This document shows, piece after piece, positions 31,227-44,987 of a stretch of DNA of 64,000 nucleotides. Position 1 is the stretch's first letter. Every line of letters starts with the position of its first letter. A program made the translations under genes and the position numbers. The DNA is taken from assembly GCA_009103225.1 (NCBI GenBank), contig RHPI01000273.1, positions 60,010-124,009 on the forward strand, read 5' to 3'. The notes beneath the pieces were generated by a model. That model searched no databases. It saw only the letters and a program-made list of their open reading frames with translations, and had not been told where the DNA came from. Source of the stretch: Chlorokybus atmophyticus (taxonomy: Eukaryota > Plantae > Mesostigma and Chlorokybus algae).

Positions 31227-32795
31227 TCAGACATACTGCCGACTTGCGGTCTCCATGTCCGCAGTATACTCCGGGTGTGGGCACTTGTATCCAACCAGTT
31301 CACCAACCGGCCCGAGAACTTTGCCAATCAGGAAAGCAACCGTAGGATGGACATCACCAACGCGTATGCCAGCCCATTCCAACATCTGAGCGGCCTGCTC
31401 AGACCACCACAATTACTACAACCAACATGAGCCGCGAGCGCAGTCTTATTGCCAGCTGTTACCATATACTTTTGTCTCTCACCTCCACAATGCCACGACT
31501 GGAAGACTTTGGAGCATCGATGTTCGTGCCAGCGATGTTCTCAAAGAATGCTTCACCCACGAGCGCAGGCTCCAGCTTCACGAGCACAACAAGATCGTCC
31601 TTGCCTCCATTGTAATACCTGTGGATCAGGCTCATGCATCACTTCCAAACACACGGTTGACAAGCACAGGCGTCTGCAATCATGGATGCCCAAGACCGTC
31701 ACTCACAAATGTGGCCAATTGGGAGGGATGGCAACCGTATCCCCCACATGTGCTCGCCCAAGAGTACCATTCAGAATATAATCCATTGTTCCTGCATGAC
31801 CCACAGGTTTGATTCAGCTGCCGTGCAATGAGATTCAGTGTAAGACGCAGTGCAGTACAGGAGTACCTGTCTCAACTGTGAACGTCTCTGTCTGGTTAAG
31901 GTGAAGATGATATGGTGTTGATCCTGGCTTGTCCGCAAAGAATCCCGGAGCATTCGGCTTTGTTGTCAACTGTTACACAGTTGACAATTTACCAAGGTTG
32001 GTTGCAATATGGAACTGAAAGGGATGGTTAAAGCAGATTGTGAGTGTGTCCACATGCAACCCAAGAACAGCAACAACTGCAGAAAAGCTTGCAACAATGG
32101 CTGGTTGCGATATGTACCGATCATACTGCCAATGATAACACAACAGCACCGCTGCTTTGCTTACTCGCTGTGCAAGGTTGAGGAATGACTGGTGCTTACC
32201 AAACCAAAGCAGAGAGCAAACAAGTGGCAGGAGAACGACTCGTTGCTGGTTAGCAACCCGAATGCGCATGCACATTGAGGCACTGCACTCTGCATAAGCA
32301 ATAACTCAGCTCACCCGAACTTCGTAGTACTGGCCGTCAGTGTCGCGAGCGCGCGTCACGATCTCAGTGTGACCATCCGGCAGCAACTGTCCGAGTACAT
32401 GGACATCAATGCTTGCTTTTGCAAAACCCCCACAACAGTCTCAAATCGTGTCAGTCGACCAAAAGCTTTGCCTACCTTCTGGCCAGCAAAGTTGGTGCGG
32501 ACCAGCCGCTGGTTCGCGTACTTTATCTGGCCGAGCTTGAGTGCAGCCCACAGCACGAGTATCAACACCGCGGCGTTGGCGAGCTGGCAAAGCTGCGAGG
32601 CACAAAATGAATACAATGGTGTGTGGGTCTGTGGTTCTACCTGAGTACTGGTGACAAAACCAACACTCAAAACATGACAGAGCACTGTGTGCCTGTCTAC
32701 GGTTGACAGTCGCCATCAAGATAAGTGCTCGGCGTGTTATGTCACGCATGCGCACAGCAATAAACCACCTCACTCACCCGCCCAACCAGACCCAT
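31227..32795 (-). CDS. Signal-anchored cupin (Cupin_2-like) protein
   Basis: Spliced model: MGLVGR/LCQLANAAVLILVLWAALKLG... (hydrophobic anchor), then PYHLHLNQTETFTVETG/TMDYILNG...GDTVAIPPNWPH (cupin motifs 1 and 2), EAFFENIAG, and a last exon matching ORF 31227..31412. Confidence 0.75.
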
Positions 32796-33086
32796 GGCGA
32801 CCTCGCCGCCGTCGCCACCTCCGCCTTGTGCCTGCCCCAAGCCTCACCACCAAGCATTCAGCAAGCAACAGCTAGCTCGCTGCAAGCTAGTGCACTGCCT
32901 GCTTGCTCGATTGACGCCCATGTGATGCAATTGCTGCTTTGCTCTCTCCCGTTGCCCGCCCGCGACGAAGTGCTGTACCGCACAGCGCGCAACACAGTGG
33001 TTTAGGGTTGTCTGGCCTGAAGTCTGACGGCGGAGGTGCAGGCCGTGGCGGAGGCCGTGGAGGCGGCGGTGGTGGAGCAGCTGGCG

Positions 33087-34474
33087 ATGGAGGCTGAATT
33101 AGACGAGGCCGCTAGGAGACGGGAAGCGCGGAGGCGGCGCATCTTGGAGCGGGGCAGTGAGCGCCTGGCATTAATTACTGGGTCGCAGGCCTATGCGCAG
33201 AGGCTTGACAATGAAGCTGAAGCAGCAAGCACAGGTATGCTGTGCTTGCTGCTTCAGCTTCATTGTCTCGCAAGCCCGCGTGCTTTTCCTTTGCAACTGC
33301 AACATCACTTGTTTTCCTGTGCGATTGGTCACCTCGGCATGCATGTGGTGCTCGTACGTACCACAGCTGGCATGTTGCGCATAATTTTGATCTGCATTGC
33401 GCCCCTTGTTATTGCCCTGATAAAACGACCAAGCGCACATCAGGATTGTGTGCAACTGCGTATTTAACAACGACACCTACTTTACACAGTTGGGCCCTCG
33501 TCTACGCTCTCATAATCCTTCAGCTCCCACTACATGCTTGTTCTGCGTTGCAGCTTTCTTGCTGCCTTAGGATACTGTTCCATACGTGTATGCCATCGTG
33601 GTAGCAACATGCATGCTTACGTGCATGTTTGCGTGCGTATGATTGTTCGCTCGTCATGGTGTCTATGTGCGCGTGCGCACTGAGTCGAGTGTCATGCGAG
33701 CACGTACGGCTTGCATGCATATGTGCGTGGGTGTGCATGTGTACCAAGTTTGTGTGTTATGCAGGCGCCAGCGTGCTCGAAGTCCCAGTGACAAGTGCCA
33801 TTGTAGAAGTGGAGCGCGTGCACTCAGCCAAGCATGATGAAGCTCTTGCAACTATTGAACAGGCAGATGCTCCCGCAGCACCCGATACAACTGCTGAGGA
33901 GTCCACTTCACCTTCAGAAGCTGAGCTCCCTCCTGAGTCATCATTAAGCGCAAGCAAAGGTGCAATAACCATTGATTGGCAGCGCCTTGAGAACGCCGTA
34001 GACTTCACCGACAGCTCGAGGCTGAAGCTAACCATGGCAGTGTCTCTGTTGACAGTGCTGAGTTTCTGCTACAAAGGGTGCATAAATGACACACGACACT
34101 TGTCGTTGCCGTCGCCGTTGGCGACACTGCTGCTGACCCAAATAACTATCATAGCCGCTGCGTGCATGTCACACGCAAGGGGAGAACAGGTGTCTGAGAG
34201 GGTGCACGAAGACAGCGAGCAAATGCTGCACCAACTTCTCGCTCGGATGCATGTGCCAGGTGCGCAAGGCCGAGGTCAACCCTCGTTGGCTGGGTTAGTT
34301 AGGAGTGTAGAGTCTGGTCTGAGCTTTGTGTTGGTGGCGCTGAAGCTTGCAAAGGGCTTAGCGCGAGACATTGCTGCGTATATCGTAATTCTAGTGTTGG
34401 GTGTGACGGCGGTTTCGAGCTGGCTGCAGCCGTGCTACTTGGAGGCAACACCATATGATGTTGTGGAGGTATGA
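33087..34474 (+). CDS. GET2: GET2/CAML-like ER tail-anchored-protein insertase subunit (plant G1IP type)
   Basis: Exon 33087-33234 has EARRRRILERGSERLALITG, the basic N-terminal GET3-binding motif. Exon 33765-34474 encodes three hydrophobic C-terminal segments. Confidence 0.8.
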
Positions 34475-34950
34475 TGTCTGCATCAGCGGTCGGGTGGTGT
34501 ATGTGTGGCACCCATGCTGGCCACATGACTTCAGTGGGCCGTGCTGTTGGTTGGTAATAGGAAGTACTTTGGCAGCAACATTAGGCTAGCGGCACAGCTA
34601 TTATTGCACTTTATGGTATCTATATACCTTCGGCTTATGTGTGCAGCACGTGCTGTGCTTAGACGTGTGCTATGAACACGCGGACTGTCACATGAGCTGC
34701 CTGTCTGCCCGAGCTCTGACAATACTTGTTTACCACGACCTTTTCCGTTATGCGCGGTACTCTGTACCTGAATCAATGAATGGGTTAATTAATGAATGAA
34801 TGTTGTCTATCGGTCTCAATAAATTACGCGAGCTACCTACAATAGCTTGTATACATACCTATTGCAACGGACACTGTGCATGGACAGGCCAGCTGATACC
34901 TGAGTAACTGATGGACGCAGCAAAAGCCTATGCCTATGCCTTTGTGGGGG

Positions 34951-36987
34951 TCATCTAGCTGCATGTACATGCGCGTCATCATGGGCTGCCAAAATGATTG
35001 GTGAAGTTGCTCCAACTTGGTGTGGTTGGGACTGTTGGACTTGTGGTTGTTCTGCTTGACGGCGGTCCACGGGGCTGCGGGCATATGCGATGGCCGTTGT
35101 GCCATTGGGCTGCCTGACAGCCACCACCGACGGGACCGTGCCAACATGTGAGTTGCTGTTCATGCCATCGTCATCATCCACGACAACCAGCACGCTCGGG
35201 AGTCGCCTTTCCACTGGTGGCGCGTGCGAATACCGTTGCTCCGTATCCAAGATGGTTATCGCCCTCGCCTGTGGTAAGATATGTCAGTCGTTGTCGTTGT
35301 CGTTGTTGTTGTTGGTGGTGGTGGTGTTGTTGTTGTCGTTGGTGTTGGTGTTGTGTTACCTGAACGCGGTTGGCGACATGGCGGACAATGAGAGCAACAG
35401 TGATGAGGCACAAACAAGCTGCTACAATCCATAAGCTTAATCCGAGCCACAGCAGGTAGCTGCCATGGCTACTCCCCCTGTTTCATCGACTCAGTCAGCG
35501 CCTCACTCACACAGCACCACAACGTAAATACACCTTGTAGAGCGTGAACTCACTTGTAAAAAGCGACGGTGTTGCCCTCCCCTTGATACGTGGCCGCAGC
35601 GGCCCACAACGCAGCGGTCAATTGTGACGCACGCATATCGGATGGCGACGCCACGGTACTCAACAATGCGGCTGCAAACGAGCACAACGGTTGTTTAGTT
35701 GTAATTGGACACGTGTGCACTTGTACAAACGCATGCACCCTCATGCAGGCACTCACTCACGTACACGCACGTAAGCAATCACATGCGCACATGCATTAGA
35801 ATCTTGCACACACGCACGCATACACCAACAGCCAGCATGTGTCAAGCACCATACCTGCAATGCCCTGCAGCGCCTGGGTCGCATTGCCCTGCTTAGCCAA
35901 GTCGTCCAGCTGGCGGTCCCCCTCGCTTAGGTCCTCACTTGCATCAGCTAGGGCATCCCTTTCTTGTTGGGTTGCGGCAAACTGCAATGAGACTGCCAGC
36001 TGTCGTGCAGCGGCCTCGAGGAGTTTCTCGCTTGCACCTTGTCTGCGAGGCATGCCGGCGCAGTCTCCCGGGCAGATCGCATCCGCGAGAGCAAATAGTT
36101 GGTAAAGGCTTGCTGGATGCAGACTTGTAGTGGCCAACCCTGCAGCAGCCTCTTCGCAGGAAGCCACAGCCTGAACCGAGCTTGATATCGTCCACAGCCT
36201 CGCGTGGAGGGTGATAGCGGCGTCTAAGCCCGTCCCCGCAGCCGCCCTCATGATATCGATCTGAGCTTCCAGCCCCAGAGTTGATATCTCCCTCACGTAA
36301 CGAGCATCTGTGTCGTTCCCTTCCACGGATTTGAGCGCAGACAACAGCGATATCTGCGCTAAGAGCGATGCTCCCGCCGCTGCATTCGCTGCAACTTCAT
36401 CACTCACGCCAACCTGAAGTAATGACCATGAGCATGCTTGGTGTTGAACAGTTCATGTGTGGTGTCATCAGAGTGTGGGATTATGAAAGCAACACGCTTG
36501 CCGTTGCGAGGGCTGTGCGCCGGAGGGATGCGAGTGCGAGGGTGGAAGCGTACGCGCATGTTGGTGTTTGTGAGGGTGAGGGCGACGATGAGGGCACCTC
36601 CAGCAAGCGCCTGCAAACAACGCTCAGACGTTGGTATTTATGACGTCGATGAGAAATTATGATAATACACGAGGCGGTATGATGCGGAGGAGGAGCATGA
36701 TGTTGTTAGTATGAACGTGAAGCATGAGGTATCCACTTACTCTGCCTATCACTTACTGACCTGCGCATTTGTTCATGATTGTGATGATGTTGTACGCTAG
36801 CGCCCTCCCCGCTGTCATGAGCGTCGCCTACAGGCAGCGCGACCAGGCCGTTTCGCCGCCGCACAGGCCGCCGCAGCAGCAGGCCGCCGCCCGCCCCATG
36901 CTGCTGCACCGCCGCCGCTGGCACTACGGCGGCAGCGGTGGCGGCGAGCAGCACCACCGCCAGTAGCAGTGCTGCTCTGCTGGACAT
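34951..36987 (-). CDS. Hypothetical secreted/membrane protein (multi-exon, no recognised family)
   Basis: Clear signal peptide MSSRAALLLAVVLLAATAAA, a ~190-aa Ala/Leu-rich helical exon (35850-36413) and further GT-AG-bounded coding-like exons. Internal exon structure is uncertain. Confidence 0.55.
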
Positions 36988-37604
36988 CGTGCTTCTACGC
37001 GGGTGTCATTGGCGATGTCGTTGTGGGTCTAGACGTCCTTGTCGGTGTGAGTGTTGGCGTCGGTTGTGTCGGCGTAACCGCAAATAGACTGCCAAGCACT
37101 GCGCCGATCACGTGACGTCGGTGCTGTGCTGCTGGTAACTACAGGTTACACTGGATTAACCGGACGCCCCGCGCAGCGGGGCGTCCGTCCACCGGACGAT
37201 CATTGTCCGGTAAGGCCGCAAAACCATACGGTAAGATAGACTGCGTTACGGCATACTGACGCCGGTTATGAAAGATCACGTAACTTGCCGCAGTTGTCGA
37301 ATAGGATGCCGCCGACATGTGTAGTGAATATCTTTACTGGGAGGACGCGCGCGGAGAGGACGGTGGGAGGACACGCCTCCTAGGCACTTTGTCCTCCGGG
37401 AAGATAAGTCGCAAGATAAGTCGCGGCCAGCCCCGGGCGTTTTGCCTGGGGCCCGCTTATCTTGGGCGCGGACCCGCTTATCTTGGCCCGGCCTGCCGCG
37501 ACCTCGGAAACTTTTTTAAGGTCGCGGTTCATTAACCGCGACACGGTCAGACCGTGTATCGTATCCGGTATACCCCTCGAGCACGCCCGTCACCTGATGA
37601 CGCC

Positions 37605-37800
37605 TTGGGTGAGGTGATGCAGCGCTAGATGGCGCGCGCCTTGTTTGCATTGGACCACACATGGATGGCGAGATTCTTTGAGCCTCTTAAGTATGCTGTG
37701 GCAACAAAGTCTGGAGCTGAGATCGTGGCACACGGTGTACAGCCGTCATACCGAGGTGGTGGCCATTGCTTCTACGACATGTACCGGACATGGTGACCCA
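37605..37800 (+). pseudogene. Decayed non-LTR retrotransposon reverse-transcriptase fragment (CRE/R2-like type)
   Basis: Translates LGEVMQR*MARALFALDHTWMARFFEPLKYAVATKSGAEIVAHGVQ, resembling the RPIAIGE..RR...PLQYGV...GAE.VVH motif of early non-LTR RTs. It contains a stop and a frameshift. Confidence 0.6.
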
Positions 37801-40800
37801 TTATCTGGCTTTTTCTATGCGTTAATGCAAACCCGGGCTGTGTCTCTTGCTATTGTGCACCACCCATCGGGCATGACTCCCACCTTCGCGGGCGATCTGA
37901 TCCTTTTAGAGCCATCTGCTGCTATCGTCGCGGCACGCGATGCTTCTGAGTTGAGAGTTGTGGGACTGCAGACTGCCCTTCTCAAGTGTGTGACGTATGT
38001 TGGCAGCTCTTCGGGGGCGTTGGGGGCTTTGCAGCTACCGCCTCGGATGCGACGGGTAGTCATTGTCATCGTCACACGCAGCGCGCGGCCGTGACGCTGA
38101 CGCTGGCGCTGACGCAAACTTTAAGCCACATGGCAAGCAGCTACGTGGCTTAAGCAGGCCACGGCGGCGACGGCGGCAGGTGGCGGCGGTGGGAGTTGCG
38201 GGCAACGGTGGCAGCAGGATGTTTGTGGAAGTGGCGATCGGCCAAGGGCGGAGGTGGTGGGTAGTGTGAGTGGTTAGCCCGCCATTGGCAACATCCGCGA
38301 CAACAGGGCACTGGCGGCAGTGACGGGGGCAGGCGCCTGCTAGAGGGCACGAGGTATGTTGCCAGGTTGTTTTAGCAGAAGCAGTTAAGGATTCATGCAA
38401 GCGCATGCAAGGTGGTGTCTTAGCAACCTTGCTTAGTAGCAGAGAGGACTAGGCGTAACAAGAGCCAGTACCCCTTGCCTATATAAAGCCTTTGATTGCT
38501 CACTTATGTATTGACTTACTGACTGGCACATTGTGTGCATGCCATAGAGACTGAAGTTGAATCTTATGCGTGCCAGTGTATGCAAACGCACATTCAGCAG
38601 CCAAGCCATCACATAACTGCAAGTGCATACGAGACTTGCTTTCAATTATGTGCAGTGTTTAAGTCTAGCTTTATCATAAGCATTTGATTGCTCACTTACT
38701 GCAAGTGCATATGAAGCTTGCTTCCACTTATGTGCAGTGCAGTGTTTGAGTCTAGCTTTGTCATTAAGCCTTTGATTGCTCACTTATATACTGGCTTTAA
38801 CATTGTCTGCATGCGATAGAGATCAATTTGAAACTAACGCACTAATGCAAGTGCATGCACACAACAACCTAGCTTTAACATGCGCATTGAGCGGTCAAGC
38901 CAGCACATAGTTGCATGCAGCATACGAAGCTTGCTTCCAGATATGCACATTGTGACGCACACATGCGCCACGCATATGTGCATTATTGGCTGAACTGAAT
39001 ATATAGGCAGAGCTGCTTCAAGACACCTTGTATCAGACATACAATTGCAGTCTTTATCGCCCCTCCACCCACCACCCCAGCCCCACAGGCCATACAGGCA
39101 GAGCTTGCTTCCAAACAAAATATATACAGTTGCAATCTTTATCCCCCTCTCCCCTCCACCCCAGCCCCACACGCCACCTACGCGCAGTGCCTGCAGTAGC
39201 GTACCAATTGTACCCACACATAGTCGTAGCTTGCTTGCAGATACACTGTGATGCACGCATGCAATGTGCTAGTCATGCAGCGTTCAATGTCGCTTATGTG
39301 TCTTCAGGCACAAACGTACACACGCATGCATGAACAGGCAGGCAAGCATGGGCGCATTGTAACGGGGGTGCGAGTCATCGAACATGGAGGTTGATGGATA
39401 GATCGAGGATTGGGACTCTGATGCCGATGATGGTGCATTGCATCAACAAAGTCATGGTCAACAGCAGCCAGCAACACTCAGGTGCATAATGCATGGTCAG
39501 TGCTCGCGTGTTGTTCATTGCACCCTTCAAGTTGTATTTGATAGGTTTTACCAAGTGACATGTGAACGTCAGCAATGGGGCGCTGCAGAGCAAACAAATG
39601 CCGCTGTGGCAGCTGGGAATCAAGCATGGAGAGCTACGAGATTAAGCCAGGACCAGACATGCGCTCACATCAACGTGAGTTGTTGCTTGCAGAGGCTATC
39701 CCATCACTCCATTCATTGGTAACGTTTAGAAACTGGCATGCATGCAGAGCGCCAGCAGAGTTTTACAGCATGGTGTCAAGGAATCGAAGGAACACGATGC
39801 GACCCGATTCCACACGCTCTTACAATAAACATCACAAGAAGTTTGAGTGGTTCCTCAACCATGATCCCGCTACAAGCTTGCCACGTGCTGCTCCAATTGA
39901 TGACAGCCTAACAGGGGAAGAGGGGGCTAAGTTGGCCATGCGTTTCATGCAATGGGTAACATCCAACATGCCTGGTTATGACTATCCTCTCAAGGCCAAA
40001 GTGCTGATACGTATTTGATGGTATATCTTGGCAACTGACATGTTGCTCATGTTACTCATGTGCACGAATTGTCATTGTCTGTGCGGAAACTATGTATTGT
40101 AGAGTCTTGCCACTCAATGTTGCAGAGTTATTACGCTCATCAACAAGTTGGAGCCTGTGCAAACCTATCATTCACATCAGACCTTTGGGAGCGTGCTCAA
40201 CTTGTCCAGCACGTCGGGTATCGGATGGTGTATCAAACCGCAAAAGATTCGGTTGCACAAAAAGGGCAACCGCCAAATCTTTCTAATGATCCGCAATATG
40301 GCATTGTAAACGCGACTTTCATCATTCAACAATGGCTTAGCCTAGCCACTAGCATGTTGGCAGACCCGCCCTTGCCTGCGTCGCGAGATCACTTCATGTC
40401 AACATGGCTTACGAGTTGCATTGGGCGCTCAACGGAAGGGAGAGCAGTCTACTTGCTGGACTTGTGTCCTCCACAAGTCGTATATACTTGTCTATGCGGT
40501 GCTGAGTGGAGGGAAGACACTTAAAAATGGTCAAGTCAGTTTCGCGGGTTACATCCGCTCTAGAAATCCTGTCGAGTGTCCACAAGGCTCCTTGGGACGC
40601 CTACTCTCACATCGATTTGCTATTAATGGTGAACGGTTTCCCGATCCTCGTGTGAAAGATGAATGGAATAAGACCGCATTATGGTTTGGAGCTCAAGTAA
40701 GATGCATCGCATCGTGCAATGCTGCTCCACTCAGCAGCATGGCACATACAACACTTAGCGGTTGTTTCTCTTGTCAACAGCCGGACTAAACTATCTCTTA

Positions 40801-41387
40801 CGAGCAGCGCTACAAATCCATCAAGACCAGATGTAAGGCCTTGGGCATTGACATTACTAAAGTCACACATGCCTTCCGTGTAGCCGGAGCGCAATTCATG
40901 GACAACAGAGGCATCAATGAGAAGGTAAGCAGGTATCGGTTAGAATTTGAATACTGCACGCAAGTAATGTGCGCGCCGACACTGTGTTGTTACAGGAAAT
41001 TGCACTAATGGGCAGATGGTGCTTTAATGCTATGCATAAAAGCTACATGAAGTTTTTTGGCCCGGAAGGGTTGTTGGGTGCAGCCGGCTGGCCAGGCGCC
41101 GCCCAAAAAGACTTTGGACTCTTTTGAGGTGCGCGCTTCATGGTGGACGTTCCCATTGAGCTTATACATGTCGTGTTCCCTTTCCTGCCAGTTCTTCAGC
41201 AAACTGTAAATGACATGGGTCCCAACGCCAAGACTTCGATGTTGAGTGTAACTGAACTGTTAGCATACCTAGGCAAAGTTGTGGTTCAAGATGCGGTGTC
41301 TGGGCTGGCAGCAGAGTATCCATCGCACCCTGTGCATACTCTGCTACTGTCATCTGCTACGTTCAGGTGTGTTACCCCCCTCCCCCC

Positions 41388-41554
41388 NNNNNNNNNNNNN
41401 NNNNNNNNNNNNNNNNNNNNNNNNNNNNNNNNNNNNNNNNNNNNNNNNNNNNNNNNNNNNNNNNNNNNNNNNNNNNNNNNNNNNNNNNNNNNNNNNNNNN
41501 NNNNNNNNNNNNNNNNNNNNNNNNNNNNNNNNNNNNNNNNNNNNNNNNNNNNNN
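41388..41554. other. Assembly gap (N run) in a Crypton intron
   Basis: N run preceded by a C-run. Confidence 1.
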
Positions 41555-42624
41555 AAACGCACATAGTGATTGACACACACACAATGATCCACGCACGTGC
41601 ATGCAATCACCATCGCACAATCATGGTCACACACTTGCGCACAAACACACACGCATCTGCGCAGTCCCACTCGCACCGGTGCACGCATGCACACACACAC
41701 ATAGTCATGCACGCACACAGCAACAATCACACTCTAAGGCACACACGCGCACGCAGTCACATTCGCGCGCACACGCGCACAGTCACACACTGATGCATGC
41801 ACACACACGCATGGTCACAGTCACGCCCCACCCGCCCGTTCACACCCGTGCGCATGCATGCGCGCGTGTGTATGTCCGCTGGTGCCTCTTCTATCTGCAC
41901 GCGTCGCCAACTGCATTCATCTGTGCATGTGTATGCACGTGCGCATGTGCATGTGCCTGCATGACCCTCCTCTCGCCCNCCCCCCCCGAAGTATCCTTAG
42001 TTCAACAGTACTGTTTCGTCTTCATACATGTGCACAGAGGACTGCAACAAGACTACCAACAAAAGGGAAGTGTTCTGGAGTCTTGGAGGCCGAAAAGCAT
42101 GCACGAGTTCATAATTGCGGTGGAGCACGCGAGCCACGAGCAGTTCCAGCAACAAGCGCTGAATGAAGAGCGGTTTGCGGCGCAAGCAGCACTGATTCGA
42201 GAGCTTCTGGCAACAATCAAATCAGGTGTGCTTTTGTGCGCATGGTGCTTAGCACCATGCGCACAAAAGCACACCTGAGGCGCGCATATGTCAGTCAAAC
42301 AGTGTACAAACTTGTGACTGCATGCGTGCGCGCACGCATGTGTCCGCCAACGCGTGCGCATGCGTGAGCGTACGTTGCACTCGCATCTGCTTGAGCCAAT
42401 GTGCGTATGTATCTGCGTGTGTGCTTGTGACAATGCGAATGCGTGTCGGCGTTGGCGTCGGCATGTGTCAGAGTCGGCCGGTGTCGGGGTCGGCACTTGG
42501 GCATCTGCATGTTTGCTTGCTTGCTGCACGCGCACGCAGTGGTATGCATTATTGAGCTAACAACCCGTCGCCCTGCAGTGTGCCCAAGCACAGCCAATCG
42601 GACACCCCCTGATGGCGTGGCACC

Positions 42625-42906
<282 letters not shown>

Positions 42907-44987
42907 NGTCCAATGCTGCAGGCCCTTCATGTGTTGAAGAGAACACATGGAGCACGTGCAACAATGCCACGTTAATGCCATTCACACCACAAGGCGTTGC
43001 AACATCCACAACAGCCAGTAAGCTTTGTATCTACATGCTTACAGCCCTGATGTGCAGTCATGTGCGTGTATGCGCATACACATGCTGATGGGCGCATGCT
43101 GGTGGCGCGTGCACGCGTGTGCATACGTCTGCTGGTCCGTGTGCATGTGCGTCAGCGTCGTTGTTTATGAGTGCGTGCGTGTATGCTTGCGTGTGCGAAC
43201 GTGCGCATGCGCGGCGGTGTCGGCATTAATTGTCACAATGCGTATGTGGGTCTTTGTCTGCCTGTGCGTGTGGGCGTCTACCTGCCTACTTCTAACCGTG
43301 CATGAAGTGATAACCCCTGCGGAGATGTTGCCGACCAGTCTTGCGTCGCTCGCAGATACAGCGAACCAGACAACCGCAACTGGTGTGGCAGCAAGTAAAT
43401 GCACCCTATGCCAGAGTCATTCGCTCTCTCATGCATTGAGGTTCGTATATGACAACCTTCCATTCATCGGCAGGCCCTGCAGGTGCTACAGGGAACACAT
43501 GCAGCACGTGCAATGATACGACAACGACGCCATCCACATCACAAAATGCTGCAACTTCTGCAGCGAACAGTAAGTTATTCATTGTTGCCAATGGTGCATT
43601 GGTTGTCTAGTCTTCTTCAACTCTGTGCGCCGACTGAAGTTGTGTGTGTATCATGCAGTGTGCGCAGCTGCGGCACACCGCCTGGTGTTCGACCAAGTAA
43701 GGAGCACAACACGTCTCCAGGCAATGCAAATGCACCAGCCTTAGATGGTTAGTTTTAAACAATGACTATACACACTCCAGCATGGCACTTGCATACAAAG
43801 TGGTTGTGCGTGAGTATGCATTCTACATGTGTATCAGCCGCAGGAGTTTGACTAATTTCTCGACAACTGCACAGGTGTGCGCACAGGTACACCAAGTGAG
43901 CACAACACGTCTCCAGTTACTGCACCAGCTGCAAATGGTAAGTTACCATTTGCAGCTGGTTGCTTTGATCAGAACTTGAAGTTCCAATCAGAGCAATCTC
44001 AACTAGTGGCATGCAATGTTGGTTGTGTGTAAGGACGGTGGTTGTAGTTTCTGATCTGTTACAGGTGTTCGTGTTATCAATTGCGATCGTCAACTGCGCA
44101 GGTGTGCGTACTGGCCAACCAAGCGGGGAGCACAACACGCCTTCAGCTACTGCACCAGCCGCACGTGGTACGTTTTTGAGACGAAGGTCAATGGCCGATG
44201 CGCTAGCATGCAGTCCGAATCTAGTAAATATATCAAATGCATGTGTAAACTGCACAGGCGTGCGCAGATGCAGAGCCTTACGACCTGGTGCAGCCAAGTC
44301 CTTCAATCCATCCCTTGATGCGGGCATGATACCCCACTCTTTTGTGCAGTTTCCGCCGCCTGGTTGGGACTATGGGGTTTCTGCATATTTTGGACAACCG
44401 GCAATGCAAGCAACACCTGTGCATGACGGGCACAACACTGGAGCCACCACATTGGCACCCATGGTCGCAGTGCCGCCGACTACAACAGCGAGTGCAAGCA
44501 CATCATGTCTATTCCCAAAGCTTAGTACTCTGAAGAGCATGGAAGTTGTATCGGCTTATTGAATACGGTGATGACGTCAATGGTATTAAGCCGCTAGACA
44601 AGCTGAGCGCTGAAGAGCGAAAGAAGTTTGAACGCCGTCGCTTTCACGAGCTGAAATGTGCTTATGAAGTGCTGCAACATCCTGCTCGAGAGCTGCCCTG
44701 CTATATGGTGTCGACACTGTCCCTCTCCATCGTCAGGAGCTGGTCACGACTTCCGCACCCTTCACATCAACGACGAAACCCTCACTGTGTTCTGCGATCC
44801 GTACAACGTCGCAAATTGTTTCCCCTGCCGGCCGATGAAATATTGGCAACGGCCGTGCACCTGAGGATACTCAGTACATGTTGTCGTACTTCAGTCCACC
44901 TGTAATCTCGATACAGAGACCTGAGTATAACGGCCGTCACCATCAGGCGGCGGCCGTTTTAATAAAAAGGACTGACTTGGACTGACA

